The notes under the pieces are model-generated. The model made no database searches and was not told the origin of the DNA. It was given only the letters and a program-made list of their open reading frames with translations. From NCBI GenBank assembly GCA_050178385.1, contig JBFXGD010000103.1, positions 1-12,259 of the forward strand: a stretch of DNA of 12,259 nt. Direction: 5' to 3'. The position numbers were made by a program, and so were the translations under genes. This DNA comes from Calditrichaceae bacterium. Its GTDB lineage: Bacteria; Calditrichota; Calditrichia; Calditrichales; JBFXGD01. Shown piece after piece: positions 1 to 6,848 of this stretch; within the stretch, counting starts at the first letter, position 1; every line of letters starts with the position of its first letter.

Positions 1-459
1 GAGCGCTATGTTCTCGCCGTTATCAGTGACAATAACCATCCCTAACAGATCCGTTGGCATTGTTTTGAACTCGGCTCTCTGATCTTCAGACAGAATGGAA
101 AATCCCGCTTGTTCAGGATTCATCAGGTTTACGGATGGGTCTCCATAATACTGGATACCAAAATTCTTGTTTTTCTTCCCATTCGCGTCAAGCCATAGAG
201 TAACGCCGCGCATTTGTATACGCCTGGCAAGCGATATATCGTTGAATTTATAAATGACGTATAGGTGTTCTTCATCATTACTTATTCCCATAACTAACTG
301 CATTTTATCAAAATATGTGAGGGAAGACTCACTCCAATCCGAATTGTCACCGTCAACTGCTACAGGAATGTCAGCCCAGCGGCTCTCATAATTCTTATCC
401 CCGCAGGCGTTCATAAACAACAATACCATCATCAGAACCATTATATACGATTTCCTCAT
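1..459 (-). CDS. Predicted lipoprotein of unknown function, running off the left edge (not in the ORF track)
   Basis: Manual translation from ATG at 459 is open to base 1: MRKSYIMVLMMVLLFMNAC-GDKNYESRWADIPVAVDGDNSDWSE...YVIYKFND...GVTLWLDANGKKNKNFGIQY. Basic N-terminus, hydrophobic core and lipobox-like MNA|C; RBS GAAGGGAG at 476-469. The VDG...DW motif is reminiscent of CBM9/DOMON-like folds (weak). Confidence 0.8.
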   Translation of the reverse strand, partial: MRKSYIMVLMMVLLFMNACGDKNYESRWADIPVAVDGDNSDWSESSLTYFDKMQLVMGISNDEEHLYVIYKFNDISLARRIQMRGVTLWLDANGKKNKNFGIQYYGDPSVNLMNPEQAGFSILSEDQRAEFKTMPTDLLGMVIVTDNGENIAL

Positions 460-544
460 CAAAAAATTCTCCCTTCAAATATATAAATAATTGATTGTAA
501 TATGAGGGCATTTACGGTTTTATGCCCATTTCCAAACAATTAAA

Positions 545-1036
545 TTAACGATCACGGAATAATTTTCCGCCGCTATTCATCATTCCCCTGCGCAGCTGAA
601 TTTCTTTAAACATATTAAAAAATTTGTGCTGTTGCTCAGGCGTCAGTATTGATTTTTCATTAAGTAAATGGGCGATAAGTTTTCTTTTTATCTGAATCTG
701 ATAGTCACTTATTTTGCTCGCCATCATCTCCAGTTTTACAGTGTCCGGATCCGTGGAAGCAATTTCATCAATCAAAGTAATCCCGCCGGCGCGCAGTGAA
801 TCAATTAAAATCTGAGTTTCTGTTTCGAATACACTGATTTGAGTCTGCAGCTGTTCCACCTGTATATCGGAGAGATTAAGCTCACTGCTTAAAATTTCCA
901 TCTGTATGCCTGGCCTGCCCAGCGATTCAAGGTGGTTGCTGATGTACCAATGCTTATAGGTTATTGTTGCCAGAGCGGATATGTTCACAATCACCAGCAG
1001 AAGTATTATGAAAAAAATTAATTTTCGTTTCATCAA
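545..1036 (-). CDS. Spy/CpxP/ZraP-like periplasmic helical protein (heavy-metal-resistance / LTXXQ family)
   Basis: N-terminal hydrophobic anchor (LIFFIILLLVIVNISALATI), LNLSDIQ and ILTPEQQ (LTxxQ-type) motifs, all-helical character, and position directly behind an ECF sigma/anti-sigma pair. Confidence 0.8.
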   Translation of the reverse strand: MMKRKLIFFIILLLVIVNISALATITYKHWYISNHLESLGRPGIQMEILSSELNLSDIQVEQLQTQISVFETETQILIDSLRAGGITLIDEIASTDPDTVKLEMMASKISDYQIQIKRKLIAHLLNEKSILTPEQQHKFFNMFKEIQLRRGMMNSGGKLFRDR

Positions 1037-1048
1037 AATTTTTTCCTT

Positions 1049-1519
1049 TTACTCAGATACAGAATTTAAAGAATACTCTCCCGGCGTATTCCCGGGAATC
1101 AGGCTCAGATCTGTAAGATAATGAGAATCCACAAAACTTTGTATAGCGATATAGCGATCATCAATCTGACCGGCGGGGGAGGGGATATCACCCAATTTGT
1201 AACCAATGAATATACCCGCAATAATAGTAGCAGCGGCCGCAACCGGGTAAAACCAGCGTAAACCTGTATGCTTTAACCTGTCATATCCCGATTCATGTGA
1301 CGGAGAATAAATTTTATCAATTACGCGATCAGAAAATCCTTCTGATGGTATAACAGCATCCGGTTGTTCTGTTTTTTCCCAAAGAAGTCGGAACTCCGCA
1401 AACACACGGGTGCATTTTTCGCAAGTATTTAAATGATTTGCAATATCGGTCATCAGGGTATCAGAAAGATTTCTGTCCATGTATTCAGGTATTTTTGATT
1501 GTACAATTTTGCAATTCAT
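1049..1519 (-). CDS. Zinc-binding (ZAS / zf-HC2) membrane anti-sigma factor
   Basis: MNC...YMD..L...HLNTCEKC (HxxxCxxC), one TM helix (WFYPVAAAATIIAGIFIGY), RBS GGAGG, immediately downstream of the ECF sigma gene. Confidence 0.9.
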   Translation of the reverse strand: MNCKIVQSKIPEYMDRNLSDTLMTDIANHLNTCEKCTRVFAEFRLLWEKTEQPDAVIPSEGFSDRVIDKIYSPSHESGYDRLKHTGLRWFYPVAAAATIIAGIFIGYKLGDIPSPAGQIDDRYIAIQSFVDSHYLTDLSLIPGNTPGEYSLNSVSE

Positions 1520-1543
1520 GTTCTTTGGCCTCCGTTTAAAATA

Positions 1544-1571
1544 TAAGACACGGATTTATTTTAAAACTTGC
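1544..1571 (-). promoter_or_regulatory. Candidate ECF-sigma-dependent promoter between the sigma and anti-sigma genes
   Basis: Minus strand reads GCAAG-N17-GTCTTA. GTCT is a typical ECF -10 core; the -35 element is a variant of the GAAC/AAC type. Single occurrence, inferred. Confidence 0.4.
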
Positions 1572-1580
1572 GCTAATAAA

Positions 1581-2150
1581 TTATTTTATGTGATTTAATA
1601 ATTTTTTTTGCAGATTTTTTCTGGCGCGGAATATTAGTGACTCTACGGAGGATAAGGATAAATCCATAATTTTCACGATTTCCTGGTATGGTAAGTCGTT
1701 ATATTGATGAAGGACCCAGGCGACTCTTTGATTTTCCGGAAGGGACTTGAGTAAATTTTTAATGATTTGTCCTGTTTCCTTTGATTCGAGAATTCGATCA
1801 GGGGTCTCAGGCAGGGGAGCATGTTGATCCGGAAATCCCTTAACATCCCCTTCAATAAATTCATCGAGACTTCGCAGCAGGCTGAATTTTCTGTTGTCTC
1901 TAAGAAAATTGAGTGATCGGTTTACGGTGATTCTGTAAATCCAGGTGGATAATTTTGATTTTTTCTCAAATGTAGCCGCGGAATTATATATCTGAAGGAA
2001 AACTTCCTGAGCGACATCTTCAGCATCATTTTTATTGCCGATGATGTGAAAGGCTGTATTGATGACAAGAGACTGGTACTGCTCAACAAAATGACGGAGA
2101 GCAGACCGGTCTTTTTTAACGATAAGCTGAATTAATTCGCTGTCGTTCAT
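1581..2150 (-). CDS. ECF (sigma-24 / RpoE-like) RNA polymerase sigma factor
   Basis: Region 2: DAEDVAQEVFL...STWIYRITVNRSLN; region 4: LPENQRVAW...LPYQEIVKIMDLSLSSVESLIFRARKNL; 189 aa; RBS GGAG. Confidence 0.95.
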   Translation of the reverse strand: MNDSELIQLIVKKDRSALRHFVEQYQSLVINTAFHIIGNKNDAEDVAQEVFLQIYNSAATFEKKSKLSTWIYRITVNRSLNFLRDNRKFSLLRSLDEFIEGDVKGFPDQHAPLPETPDRILESKETGQIIKNLLKSLPENQRVAWVLHQYNDLPYQEIVKIMDLSLSSVESLIFRARKNLQKKLLNHIK

Positions 2151-2188
2151 GATACTCCGTTTGAGTCATCTAACAGAAGGTGATGTTT

Positions 2189-2216
2189 ATTGTATGAAAA
2201 ATTGCATTTTAAGCAA
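2189..2216 (-). promoter_or_regulatory. Candidate housekeeping sigma70 promoter for the ECF sigma gene
   Basis: Minus strand TTGCTT (2216-2211)-N16-TACAAT (2194-2189), about 40 bp upstream of the ATG. The AT-rich context raises the chance of a random match. Confidence 0.5.
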
Positions 2217-2252
2217 AAAATGAATCAATATAAAGGGGAAAGACCAGATTAT

Positions 2253-2305
2253 CCGGTTAAATATTCTATATATCTGTTTCCGCGTCAGAACAAAAATTTA
2301 ACCGG
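2253..2305. repeat. Inverted repeat / long hairpin after the GNAT-HDAC gene (possible terminator or stabiliser)
   Basis: CCGGTTAAAT (2253-2262) and ATTTAACCGG (2296-2305) form a perfect 10-bp inverted repeat, with extra imperfect pairing inside (TTCT/AGAA) and outside. Confidence 0.55.
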
Positions 2306-2333
2306 CTGAAACTTTTTCCTGCGGTGAAGTCAA

Positions 2334-4073
2334 TTAATCAAAAATACTTTTCCATAATCCCGAAAAAAAGTAGCGCGCGTTGATACCGAGATTCCGGTTA
2401 TTATAACCGCCTTCCTGAACAACAAGGGTAGGGAGTCTTAATGCTCCTATTTTGATCCCGTTCGATTCAAAGTCCTTGGCCTGAAGATCCCATGAGCCTG
2501 TGGGATCACCTTTAGCGGGATCAAGACCGAGCGCGATAATTAGAAATTGAGGTTTGAATTTTGTGATAATTTTGAGCGCTTTATCCAGAGAATCAGAATA
2601 CTTTTTCCCGTCGATTTTTTCCGGCAGAGGGATGTTATGATTAAATCCCTCTCCGGCATCTATTCCTTTTTCATCTTCAAATCCGCTGAAATAGGGATAA
2701 GCGAATCGCGGATGACCATGAATAGAGACCGTTAAAATATCGGAGCGTTTGTAAAAAATATCCTGCTGTCCGTTGCCATGATGATAATCGACATCCAGAA
2801 TCGCAACTTTTCCGTAAGTGCTTAGATAGTTTGCCGCGATGGCATTTGAATTAAAATAACAAAATCCGCCGAAAGATTTGTGTTCGGCATGATGTCCCGG
2901 CGGACGTACAAGTGAATATGCAAGTCTCCGACCCTCAAGAATCAGATTGGCGGCGGTAAGAGTACAATCAACCGCGCGCACCGCCGCGAGATAGGCGTTT
3001 TTATTTAAAGGGGTAAATGTGTCAATACAATAATAGCCTGCCCGTATCGGCAGATCCTTTGGAGGCCTGGCCGAGTTCCGGATCGGAAAAACATAAGGGT
3101 AGATTGATTTTCCCGGATTCACATTCTTGCAAACATTTCTGAGATAATCGACAAACCGTCCGTCATGAACGGCGCGTATATGGCGGTCGGAATAGTGCTT
3201 AACGGGAACTGTTTCAAATAGATCTGTCACATCAAGTTCTTTTAGGATGGATTTTATGCGAATCGGTGATTCCACATAACCCCGTTCTTTGACGTGATGG
3301 ATCATATGTTTGTCATTTACTACTAATACGATTTTTTTGTCAGCCGGCGTTTTTGAAGCGTTTATATCCGGTATCTCTGTTTTGACATACAGGGGTTCAC
3401 GCAGTTTTACCGGATCGTCCTTAACAGAAGCCACTACCATATCGACATATTCAACCGGACAAAGATCACCGTATTTCCGTTCCAGAATCGCCCTTATAAT
3501 TTTTCGCAAATGTTTTTTTGACAATCCCTTATCTTGTCCGAGATTATCAAAGACCAAATATGGCGGATCGGTGTCATCATGATTAAGCGGTGTTTCATAA
3601 GCCGTATTTATGATTGGTCTGGCGCCAAAATTTTCATAAAATTTAAGGCGTGAAATGTTTTGTTTTCTGATTACCGGATCCGGACTTAATGCCGGATCGT
3701 CAGGAAGGCATTCAAAAAGCAATCCGATTGTGTTCAGTGATAGAGCTTCTTTCACAACGCGCTCATACAAAGCCCCGCCAATGCCGCGGCCCGTCATTTT
3801 CTTTGCGGCGGAAATGAAATCGAGATAGCAGAATTTATAATCAGCGTCATGCAACACAAACGCGAATCCTTTTACCTGACCTTTCACATCATCCGCGACG
3901 AACAAAATGGAGCGGAAGCGGTATTTAAGCGGATTGTGCAGCTTCTCCGGAAGTTTTATGATTTCATCTTCTTTTATCGCGGGAAATTGGGATCTCAATA
4001 TCGCCTGAACCTGAGCAATCGCGATGCGATCAATCGGAATCAGATCATCATAAATACGTCTTATTCTGAACAC
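2334..4073 (-). CDS. N-terminal GNAT acetyltransferase fused to a C-terminal Zn-dependent HDAC-family deacetylase (acetylpolyamine amidohydrolase-like)
   Basis: GTG start with AGGA upstream. GNAT motif A: YLDFISAAKKMTGRGIGGALY. HDAC motifs: ESPIRI, RPPGHHA, GGFCYFN, DVDYHHGNG, SIHG, GLDPAKGDP, QEGGY. Confidence 0.9.
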   Translation of the reverse strand: MFRIRRIYDDLIPIDRIAIAQVQAILRSQFPAIKEDEIIKLPEKLHNPLKYRFRSILFVADDVKGQVKGFAFVLHDADYKFCYLDFISAAKKMTGRGIGGALYERVVKEALSLNTIGLLFECLPDDPALSPDPVIRKQNISRLKFYENFGARPIINTAYETPLNHDDTDPPYLVFDNLGQDKGLSKKHLRKIIRAILERKYGDLCPVEYVDMVVASVKDDPVKLREPLYVKTEIPDINASKTPADKKIVLVVNDKHMIHHVKERGYVESPIRIKSILKELDVTDLFETVPVKHYSDRHIRAVHDGRFVDYLRNVCKNVNPGKSIYPYVFPIRNSARPPKDLPIRAGYYCIDTFTPLNKNAYLAAVRAVDCTLTAANLILEGRRLAYSLVRPPGHHAEHKSFGGFCYFNSNAIAANYLSTYGKVAILDVDYHHGNGQQDIFYKRSDILTVSIHGHPRFAYPYFSGFEDEKGIDAGEGFNHNIPLPEKIDGKKYSDSLDKALKIITKFKPQFLIIALGLDPAKGDPTGSWDLQAKDFESNGIKIGALRLPTLVVQEGGYNNRNLGINARYFFSGLWKSIFD

Positions 4074-4169
4074 TAAGCTTCATCCTGTTTATGCCGGTGT
4101 TTTTCTCTCCTCAGAAAGAAATTATTCCAATCGGTTAAGTAATAAATCACGGTTTCCATCAGTACATCA

Positions 4170-5288
4170 TTATATAATAACATGCTTATCCACGCCGTTA
4201 TTTTCAGAAACATATTCCATTACTTCTTCAATATGCATTTTACCGTTCCCGGACGGCTGTTTATAACGGTATATTTTTCCCTTATAATTTCGCAGTATAA
4301 CTTCATCGTCATTCATCTTAAGCATGTACTGCGGTAGAATAGGGATTTTCCCGCCGCCTCCCGGCGCGTCAATCACAAAATGAGGAACGGCAAGACCGGA
4401 TGTCCACCCGCGCAGAGCTTCGATAATTTCAAGGCCTTTTTCAACCTGCGTGCGGAAGTGAGCAGTACCAAAAACCATATCGGCCTGATAAATGTAGTAA
4501 GGCCGCACCCGGGCGCTAAGTAATTTCTGCATCAGTAGTTTCATCACTTCAGGATCATCATTCACTCCCTTAAGCAGAACGGTCTGATTTCCCAAAGGAA
4601 TTCCGGCGTTTGCAAGTCTTCCGAGTGCCTTTACCGCTACCGGAGTGAGTTCATCCGGGTGGTTGAAATGAACGTTGATGAACAATGGATGATATTTCTT
4701 TAACATATTTACAAGTTTTGTGGTAATTCTTTGAGGCAAAAAGCAAGGAATGCGGCTTCCAATGCGGATAATTTGAATATGTGGAATTTGCCGCAGCTTT
4801 TGCAAAATATATTCTAGTTTATCATCAGCAAGTAGCAAAGGATCTCCACCTGAAACGATGACATCGCGAATCTCAGGATGATTTGAAATATATTCGAAAC
4901 CGTCATCCAGATATTTTAAGCTGATCTTTGACGGATCGCCGACCTTTCTTTTGCGTGTGCAGAACCGGCAGTATGAGGCGCATGCATGCGCGACCAGGAA
5001 TAGACATCTGTCCGGGTAACGGTGAACAATGTTTGCAACCGGTGAAAACTGATCTTCCGCCAGCGGGTCTTCCAGAAGGCCGTCATCAATGAGTTCGGCT
5101 TTATCAGGAATAATTTGCTTATATATGGCATCGCCTTTTTCCTTTATCAAAGAAAGATAATAAGGCGTAATTTTGATATTAAATTCATTATCCAGCCCTC
5201 TCAGCTCATCAAGAGGGATATCAAATCTCCTGGAAATTTCTTCAATACTTGTGACACTCTGCTGAAGAATTTTTCTCCATCGCTCCAT
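4170..5288 (-). CDS. kamA: KamA-family radical SAM / PLP 2,3-aminomutase, lysine 2,3-aminomutase-like
   Basis: HRYPDR, CASYCRFCTR (CxxxCxxC), SGGDPL, HFNHP, NQTVLLKGVND, PYYIYQAD, DAPGGGGK (PLP lysine); RBS GGAGG at 5304-5300. Confidence 0.92.
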   Translation of the reverse strand: MERWRKILQQSVTSIEEISRRFDIPLDELRGLDNEFNIKITPYYLSLIKEKGDAIYKQIIPDKAELIDDGLLEDPLAEDQFSPVANIVHRYPDRCLFLVAHACASYCRFCTRKRKVGDPSKISLKYLDDGFEYISNHPEIRDVIVSGGDPLLLADDKLEYILQKLRQIPHIQIIRIGSRIPCFLPQRITTKLVNMLKKYHPLFINVHFNHPDELTPVAVKALGRLANAGIPLGNQTVLLKGVNDDPEVMKLLMQKLLSARVRPYYIYQADMVFGTAHFRTQVEKGLEIIEALRGWTSGLAVPHFVIDAPGGGGKIPILPQYMLKMNDDEVILRNYKGKIYRYKQPSGNGKMHIEEVMEYVSENNGVDKHVII

Positions 5289-5309
5289 TTTATTCTATAC
5301 CTCCGATAC

Positions 5310-5789
5310 TTAATGGAAATAGTTTACAAAGATGACACGGTCATCACCCGTGCGATAAAAATCTTTAATTTGGGCTGCTATTTTATAATTATTCCTCAGA
5401 TAAAATTCGCGTGTCGGCAGATACTTGGATTGAGACGATGTCTCAATTATGACTAGTCTGCCTTTTTTGTTTTTGACTTCGGATTCAATAAAAGTTAATA
5501 AATCTTTGCCGGCTCCTTTTCCCTGAAACGCAGGTGATACCGCAATCCAATACAGATCAAAAGTACCTTCTGTTGCAGGCGTGGGGCCATAACAGACATA
5601 TCCGATTACTTCGTTGTCTTTGCTTGCAGCGACGTAAATGAGATAATCCTTTTGATCTTTATTGAAAAGAACGGTATCGATGAGCTCCATGGCAACATCG
5701 ATTTCAGCAGGGGAAAACATATCAGTCTGCTGGAGAATCTCATAAACCGGTTCGCGGTCTTTGGACTCAATTTTTCGGATATTTATCAA
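5310..5789 (-). CDS. GNAT-family N-acetyltransferase
   Basis: LYWIAVSPAFQGKGAGKDLL (motif A, QxxGxG), IETSS, TREFYLRNNY. TTG start with AAGGA RBS; overlaps the upstream ligase gene by 23 bp. Confidence 0.92.
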   Translation of the reverse strand: MINIRKIESKDREPVYEILQQTDMFSPAEIDVAMELIDTVLFNKDQKDYLIYVAASKDNEVIGYVCYGPTPATEGTFDLYWIAVSPAFQGKGAGKDLLTFIESEVKNKKGRLVIIETSSQSKYLPTREFYLRNNYKIAAQIKDFYRTGDDRVIFVNYFH

Positions 5790-6801
5790 TTTTTGTCCTT
5801 TCTAATGCTTCTCTTAGAAGAAACTCAATAAATTCGGTGTATTTTATTCCGGCCGCCTTCAAAGACTTTGAATAACCGGCGTCCGGGGAGATATCGGGAT
5901 TGGGATTATATTCCAGAACAAAAATTTTTTCAGATAAATCAAGCCGAATATCAATTCTTCCGTAATCCCGGCCATTTAACAACTGATAAACCTGGAGAGC
6001 GGTGTCCGCCAGCTTTGACTTCAGTTCATCAGAGATAACCGCGGGACAAACCGAGGGTGTTTTTTTATATAGTTCATGATCGGTCAGCCATTTTGCTTCA
6101 TAGCTTGTTATCCGGTGGTAATTGTCATCCACATCCCCAAAATTAATCTCAGATACCGGCAAAACCCTTGGGTTTTTATTGCCGAGAATACTGACATTAA
6201 ATTCTCTCCCGGGTATAAATTTCTCCACAAGGATCGGCTGATGATACCTGCTAATCAAATCGTCTACGACAGAATACAGCTGATCAAAATTTTCAATCAC
6301 CGATTTCTGTGTTATTCCAAGACTGGCATCTTCCTGCGCGGGTTTAGCGATCAAAGGATAACTCAAATAAGTTTTTGTCGGAGCTTCCCGAAAAACCTGA
6401 TACATGGGGGTTGAAATCTTTTTGGATTCCAGCAATTTTTTTGTTAATACTTTATTTTGCGCGATTCCAAGGGTCAACGCCCCATTTCCGGTGTAGGGAA
6501 TCCCCAGCAACTCCCAGAATCCCGCCATATGCATCTCATGCCTGGCATCGCCACGGAATCCTTCACATAAATTAAAAACTACATCAGGTTGATATGCCCG
6601 GATCTTTTTAAGATCATTATCAAGATCATTAATAGCTAAGTATTCCGCTTGATGGCCGGATTTCATTAGCGCCTCATAAACAGCTTGCGCTTCGTCCTTC
6701 ACGGCTTCCTCGGATAAAAAATCAATTGATTCTTCACCGGTTTCCGGGTTTGGTTCGTTGTAGGCGATCATCACTCTGTATTTATGTTTTGAGATGTCCA
6801 T
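5767..6801 (-). CDS. D-Ala-D-Ala-ligase-like ATP-grasp amide ligase (non-canonical), paralog B
   Basis: VFNLCEG, GIPYTG, NKVLTK, PLIAKPAQEDASLGI, LVEKFIPGREF, SYEAKW, DYGRIDIRL, LEYNPNPD. Lacks the GGxSxEHxVS and HGxxGEDG motifs of true Ddl. Confidence 0.88.
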   Translation of the reverse strand: MDISKHKYRVMIAYNEPNPETGEESIDFLSEEAVKDEAQAVYEALMKSGHQAEYLAINDLDNDLKKIRAYQPDVVFNLCEGFRGDARHEMHMAGFWELLGIPYTGNGALTLGIAQNKVLTKKLLESKKISTPMYQVFREAPTKTYLSYPLIAKPAQEDASLGITQKSVIENFDQLYSVVDDLISRYHQPILVEKFIPGREFNVSILGNKNPRVLPVSEINFGDVDDNYHRITSYEAKWLTDHELYKKTPSVCPAVISDELKSKLADTALQVYQLLNGRDYGRIDIRLDLSEKIFVLEYNPNPDISPDAGYSKSLKAAGIKYTEFIEFLLREALERTKIDKYPKN

Positions 6802-6817
6802 ATTTTTTCTCTCTCTG

Positions 6818-6847
6818 CCGGTTTTCCTGTAATCGATTTACAGCCGG
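6818..6847. repeat. Small intergenic hairpin between the two ligase genes
   Basis: CTGTAA (6827-6832)-N5-TTACAG (6838-6843), flanked by CCGG/CCGG with a bulge. No U-tract follows on the minus strand, so it is probably not a terminator for the operon. Confidence 0.4.
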
Positions 6848-6848
6848 A

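Noticed and set aside
506..527. GGGCAT-N10-ATGCCC hairpin as a terminator
   Set aside because: Only a 6-bp stem with a 10-nt loop and no U-tract on the coding (minus) strand.
1673..5131. Nested minus-strand ORFs 1673-1864 and 4916-5131
   Set aside because: Out-of-frame inside the sigma and kamA genes, with no protein-like features.
4170..5288. EpmB (EF-P beta-lysylation) or lysine-fermentation role
   Set aside because: It has the KamA-type DAPGGGGK motif, and no efp/epmA or kamDE/kdd/kce genes are in the window.
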